Assembly: GCA_023920165.1 (NCBI GenBank)
Contig: CP089274.1
Location: 4,898,001-4,962,000, forward strand
Origin: Curvularia clavata
Taxonomy: Eukaryota
Direction: 5' to 3'
DNA: 64,000 bases
The translations under genes were made by a program, and so were the position numbers. Positions 59,501 through 64,000 of the stretch are shown piece by piece. The notes under the pieces are model-generated. The model saw only the letters and a list, made by a program, of their open reading frames with translations. It ran no database searches and was not told where the DNA came from. Within the stretch, counting starts at the first letter, position 1, and every line of letters begins with the position of its first letter.

Positions 59501-60477
59501 GAGCAAGAACAACCGAGAGAATACGCTTTACCGCACCTGCAGACCCCGCAGACTACGCTTTAGAAGTCAAGGTTCTATACCATCTGCTCAGCGACCGTGA
59601 CATTCCCATCTCCAAGATCATGGTAGCAGATCTAGTCTTCAACGCACCTTTTGAAGCCAGCTACGATCTGAATGCCCGCGTCCACCCCGATCCATGGCCA
59701 AGTTACTTTGAGCTACAAGAAGCTGAAAGCAATGTGAGCCCAGAATCCTCCGATGCATTCGGCATAGCCCAAAAATGGGGTCTACGCGCCAAAGTCGCCT
59801 CCTTCGCCGACGAAGACCTCATTGTCAGCGACCTCGCCGTCCAAGTCCACAGCATCCACGGCGGTGCCACCTGCGACGTGACCAAAGAATTTGCCGTATC
59901 TTCCACGCACATGACACCCCAGGTCCTCAGTGAATGGAGCTTTAGCCTCGACATCCGCAAAAACAATCTCGAAGAGCGCCGTTCCACCGCCCTCGACACC
60001 ACCCTCAATATAACATGGCAGCGTACCTCAGACCCGTCTGCCTCCCCAGTCACCTCCTCCCTGCCCATACCACGCATCCAAATTCCCTCGTCCGAACCGC
60101 GCGTCCTCGCCCGCTCACACTTCTCCCCCGCCATCCCCTCCCTTATCCACGTCGACTATGTCCTCGAGAACCCGACCATGCACTTCCTCACCTTTGAACT
60201 CGCCATGGAGGCAAGCGAGGCGTTTGGTTTCAGCGGCCCTAAACTCCGTACCTTGCACTTGCTGCCCATGAGTCGACAGACGGTCAGGTATAATTTGCTG
60301 CCAAGTGTGGAAGGGGAGTGGATTGCCCCGAATTTGAAGGTTACGGATAGGTATTTTAATAAGACGTTGAAGGTGCAGGCGACGGAGGGGATGAGGGTGG
60401 ACAAGAGGGGGGTTGGGATCTGGGTCCCGGATAGTGGGGAGGATGCCGGTGATGAGGGGGAGGGAAAGGGGGAGTAG
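56548..60477 (+). CDS. TRAPPC11: TRAPP III subunit TRAPPC11 (Foie gras/Gryzun family)
   Basis: Exons approximately 56548-56832, 56888-58514, 58564-58680, 58727-60477. MEAFPSDFVVHNLPLI, HSPISPLSPG...FPDGI, YYRDLTKHARRKKNR, VRYDFKLAVFAEFRQE, LENPTMHFLTF, FGFSGPK, LLPMSR. Confidence 0.9.
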
Positions 60478-60884
60478 ATGTGAATAAAGTATTTGAGAAT
60501 AGAGAATCGATTCGTTGGCGAAACTCTTCTTATCTCTGTGGAGAATGGAAAGATCTTCGAAAAGAGGTGTTGATGTGAAGTATCCATGGTATCTACTTCC
60601 TTTCGGTCTTGTAGGATACATACTCGCTCGTAAGCCAGGCAGCTACATGTACGAACCACGTTCATCGTTCTCATTTATCATCACCACTGCATGCCCTCTT
60701 TCCTTGCCTTCCCAGCAGGTTTTTCTCATGGCCAGAAACTACCACAACGTAAAACTCCTACTCCCCCCTCCCCCGTCGAAACTGCACCACCGGGTCGCGT
60801 CCGGGACTCCTCCAATATCGCCATAAGTCGGCATCATTCGCGTCCTCACCCAGTCCCCAATTGGGCGGTTTCTCCTGCTTATCT

Positions 60885-62643
60885 TCATTCCCCTCTCTGT
60901 TGCTGATGGTGGAGTTGGAGGTGCTGGTGATATGTGGCGTTAACATTATAAAATCTATATTGGTCTGAAATCTCATCAGTTATTACGGGGGTCTTTTCTG
61001 ATGATGAGAGAGTAGTAGTAGAAGAAGGAGAAGAAAGGGAGGCGTACTGTTGAGAGCTAAACGAAGCGTCTCCGGTGTAGTCGGCAGAAGAAATCGGGAG
61101 GTCGAAATCTGTGGCTGCGTGGGAGAGGATGGTGGGATCTATGCCGGGGATTTGAGTGGAAGGGTCCCAGCGTTGTGGAGGTTGGGAGTTGGTGTCTTGC
61201 GGAAGTTTGAGGGTGCCGGTTTGTGGGGTGGATGTAGATCCGGTTTGTTGTGACGGTTGATTGCTGTCGACTTCGACAATCTTATCTTCTTGCACTCTTA
61301 CTTCTCGATCGCGTAGGCGGCGCATGAGGCCTAGGAACTGGGAGTTTTGGAACTTTTCGCTCGTATTGTCGGCGACTCGCTCGAGTAGTCTTCCTGCTGT
61401 CGCTGCCATTTCGTCGTCATCGTTTCGCTTGGGAGATTCTTCTTGCTTCTGCTCTTCCTGCGGTTGCGGCTCCATGCGTTGGAGCGGCTCGGGTGCCCGC
61501 ATGTAGCCAGCTGCTTCAAGGTCTTTCCAGATCTGCTCTTGACTCATGGGTACGCGCGTACCGAGAGGGTATTGTGACATAAGGCGCTCATTGATCGCCT
61601 TGATGAGCGTTTCGGCGCGAGTCTTGACTTCTTGAGGTGCATCGCGGTTGACGATTCTCTGGAGAGAATCGACGATCCACTTTCCTTCATTTGCGTCTTG
61701 TATTAGCGCACCGTTTCGCTCCATCTGGGTCATGTTATCGAGATATGCAACCGCTTCTCCCGTTCGTCCAAGGCCTGTTTCGCTCCACACCTGAATAGCC
61801 GAATATACCGCTGGAAAGCACAGTCAGCAACCGTAGTGAACACGACAGATACTACACACCTGGTCGCGTTTCTCGTATCCGTTGAAGAAGAGGATCCATC
61901 TCACCCGGCCGGTCCAAGTCCAGTGCTTGTTGCGCTGGTTGTTCATGTGTTTGTTCTGCCTCCGAAACCTCCATCATGTCTTGTTGCGCCTGCGCAAATG
62001 CTTGTTCGAAGGCTGCCTCGTCGAAAGCTGGCACTTCGTCCTGCGCCCGCTGCTTCCCTTGCGCCACCTCGGACATTTGCGCGCTCTGAAAGCTCGGTGT
62101 TTGCATGAATGTTTGACCTCCGAACCCACTCATGCCGTATCCCGACATGTTCCCAAATGTGTTCTGCTGTAGCGCGGGAGCCTGCGCAGCTGGGACCTGC
62201 TGCTTCAAGAAGTCCTGGTGCCATGCTGACGCTGCATTCGCCGCCTGCGGTCGTTGCTGCTGGAACACTTGTGGAGGTGGGCCGCTGACATTTAGACGTT
62301 GAAAGTCAGCAGCCCAATCGGGGGCTTGAGGGGCTTGCGCAAACTGCGGAGGGGGTTGTGCGAAGCGCGGAGCAAAGTGCTGGAGATCCTGCGGCGGGCC
62401 AGGTCGTCCAGCCTGAAAGGCATCGAACTCTGAATCTAATGCTCCGGCATTTGGTCCTGGTGCTGATCTAAAACCCTGAACAACTGTTAGATTCTTGCCT
62501 TCCTCCAGAAATCACAAATGGTAGCATGCCTGCGCTGGCGAATGTCTGCCGACTAGTCGGTCTTGCTGCAGCGTCCGATCGACGGTGGTATGTTTCTGGA
62601 AATTTTGAAGAGCGTTCGAGGGCCCGCAAAGTGCGTCTGCCAT
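60885..62643 (-). CDS. PEX20: Peroxin Pex20 (PTS2 co-receptor of Pex7)
   Basis: ATG 62643; MADALCGPSNALQNFQKH with the conserved N-terminal Cys. GC-AG intron 62529-62476; GT-AG intron 61859-61811. WxxxF motifs (WAADF, WHQDF), FDEAAFEQAF and a Pex7-binding-type segment KFQNSQFLGLMRRL; no TPR domain. Confidence 0.88.
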
Positions 62644-63120
62644 TATGAATCAAGGCGAAAAAGGGTATCAACGCGGGCTAAAACAAGTGGTAGAGAGGTG
62701 CTTGAGGGTTGGGTCAATGAACCATGACAGTGTTCCATCCGATGATCAAAAGCCGAGGCTCGTTGGAGCGGACCGAAGTCGCCCCATGCGGCCCCTGCAT
62801 GTCGTCACATGCCATCAGGTAACAGATCTGACGAACACACACCACGTGCCACTTCTTCCACGTTACAATAGAACCTCAGAATCGGTATCGTGGCAGTACA
62901 TCACCAGACAAGACATGAGTTAACATAGGCGCAACCACATACATTTACAGGTTGTACTCGCATAACTGGTTAAATTCACTACGCTGCGTACATGAGAATC
63001 ATAACTAAACCACATGTAACCAAGATACCGTATAAAACATTGAAGAAAGAGTAAAGAGGAGAACTGGTATATCGTTATAAAGCGTGAGCGACGCAAACAA
63101 CACAACAATCCGACAGCAGC

Positions 63121-64000
63121 CTATCTGAAGAGCATATCTCCCAAGGTGACATTGCTGCGAGCAGACGTCGCCCCAACAACGCTCCTAGAGCGGGACCTGG
63201 ACTTCCTGCGCACAAAGGCATACTCCTTGTTGCCTCTCCTATCGCGACCTTCGGCCTCGATAAAGAGTCTGCTGCCATGGTTTGTGCGGAGGCGGCGTGT
63301 GTGCTCGAAAAGGACGTCCGTCTCGCGTTGCGACATCTCGCGAAGGACAATGATGTATTCTGGGTTATGCTGGTTACACTGTTAGCGCTGGAACGTTTGC
63401 TGCAGAATCATGTGACTTACAGCATCGTATTCATAGGGAATGTCATAGTAGTGCAGTGTCTCTACGTCGAGATGACTAACGTGGATCTTGGCAAAGGTAG
63501 GCGGGGGCGCAATCGCATGATGTTGATGGTGGTGATGATGAGGTGCTGCGATCTGGGGAATGGGGTTGTTTGGCAGCATGCCCTGTTGCAACTCGCGCTG
63601 CTTCTCGGGGTTCACGAGGACCTGGATCTGATTGTCTTGGAAGCCAAATTGAGAGAGCCTCTTGCGCATCGCCTCCTCGAGCTCCTTCTCTTGAGCCTCT
63701 TTCTTCTTCTTTTCCTCTTCTTGCCTCTCCTTCTCCTTGCGCATAAAGGCGTCATACTCTTCCTTTTCCTTTCTCTTCTTCTCTTCCTCCTCCATCTTGA
63801 GCTTCAGAATCATCTCTTCACGTGCCTTCTTCTCCTTTTCGGCATCTAGGATCTTCTTGCGCTCATACTCATAGATGATGCGGTCACGTTCTGCCTGTGC
63901 CTCAGCTTCAGCCTTGGCCTTCTTTCTCTCGTATTCTTCAACCGCACGGCGCTGTGCCTCCTCTGCTTCCTTTGCCTGCTTGGCCATTTTGGCCTCGTTT
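63121..64000 (-). CDS. Hypothetical protein with long E/K coiled coil and compact C-terminal domain; 5' end lies outside the window
   Basis: E/K-rich ORF, His tract, PTFAKIHVSHLDVETLHYYDIPYEYDA. Intron 63420-63370 (GTAAGT...GCTAAC...CAG) continues HNPEYIIVLREMSQRETDVLFEHTRRLR to TAG at 63123-63121. Confidence 0.8.

Overview
Eukaryotic, intron-rich fungal DNA (short GT-AG introns with CTAAC/CTGAC branch sites). Gene content suggests a filamentous ascomycete, probably Dothideomycetes/Pleosporales; this is an inference. Two gene-dense housekeeping blocks flank a gene-poor island. The left block (1-28.4 kb) holds a Kin1/MARK kinase, a GPATCH1-like G-patch protein, a CorA-fold membrane protein, PPN1 endopolyphosphatase, CHD1, RLI1/ABCE1, a TBC Rab-GAP, a SprT/Spartan protease and two F-box-like genes. 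The right block (53-64 kb) holds HEI10, RXT2, TRAPPC11, PEX20 and a partial coiled-coil gene. The island (about 28.5-53 kb) carries three co-oriented paralogous zinc-finger genes sharing a non-canonical C-x2/4-C-x15-H-x4-H first finger, an orphan gene and a MOSC-less molybdenum-cofactor-sulfurase-like gene. The best leads are (1) an 82-codon coding-like ORF whose ATG overlaps the stop of the ribosome-recycling gene RLI1, (2) an F-box protein fused to an XPA/Rad14-like DNA-binding domain near a Spartan protease, with a three-copy repeat bracketing the F-box genes, and (3) the atypical C2H2 cluster. I saw no tRNA, rRNA, CRISPR array or intact transposon. Exon boundaries were read by eye and no database searches were run.
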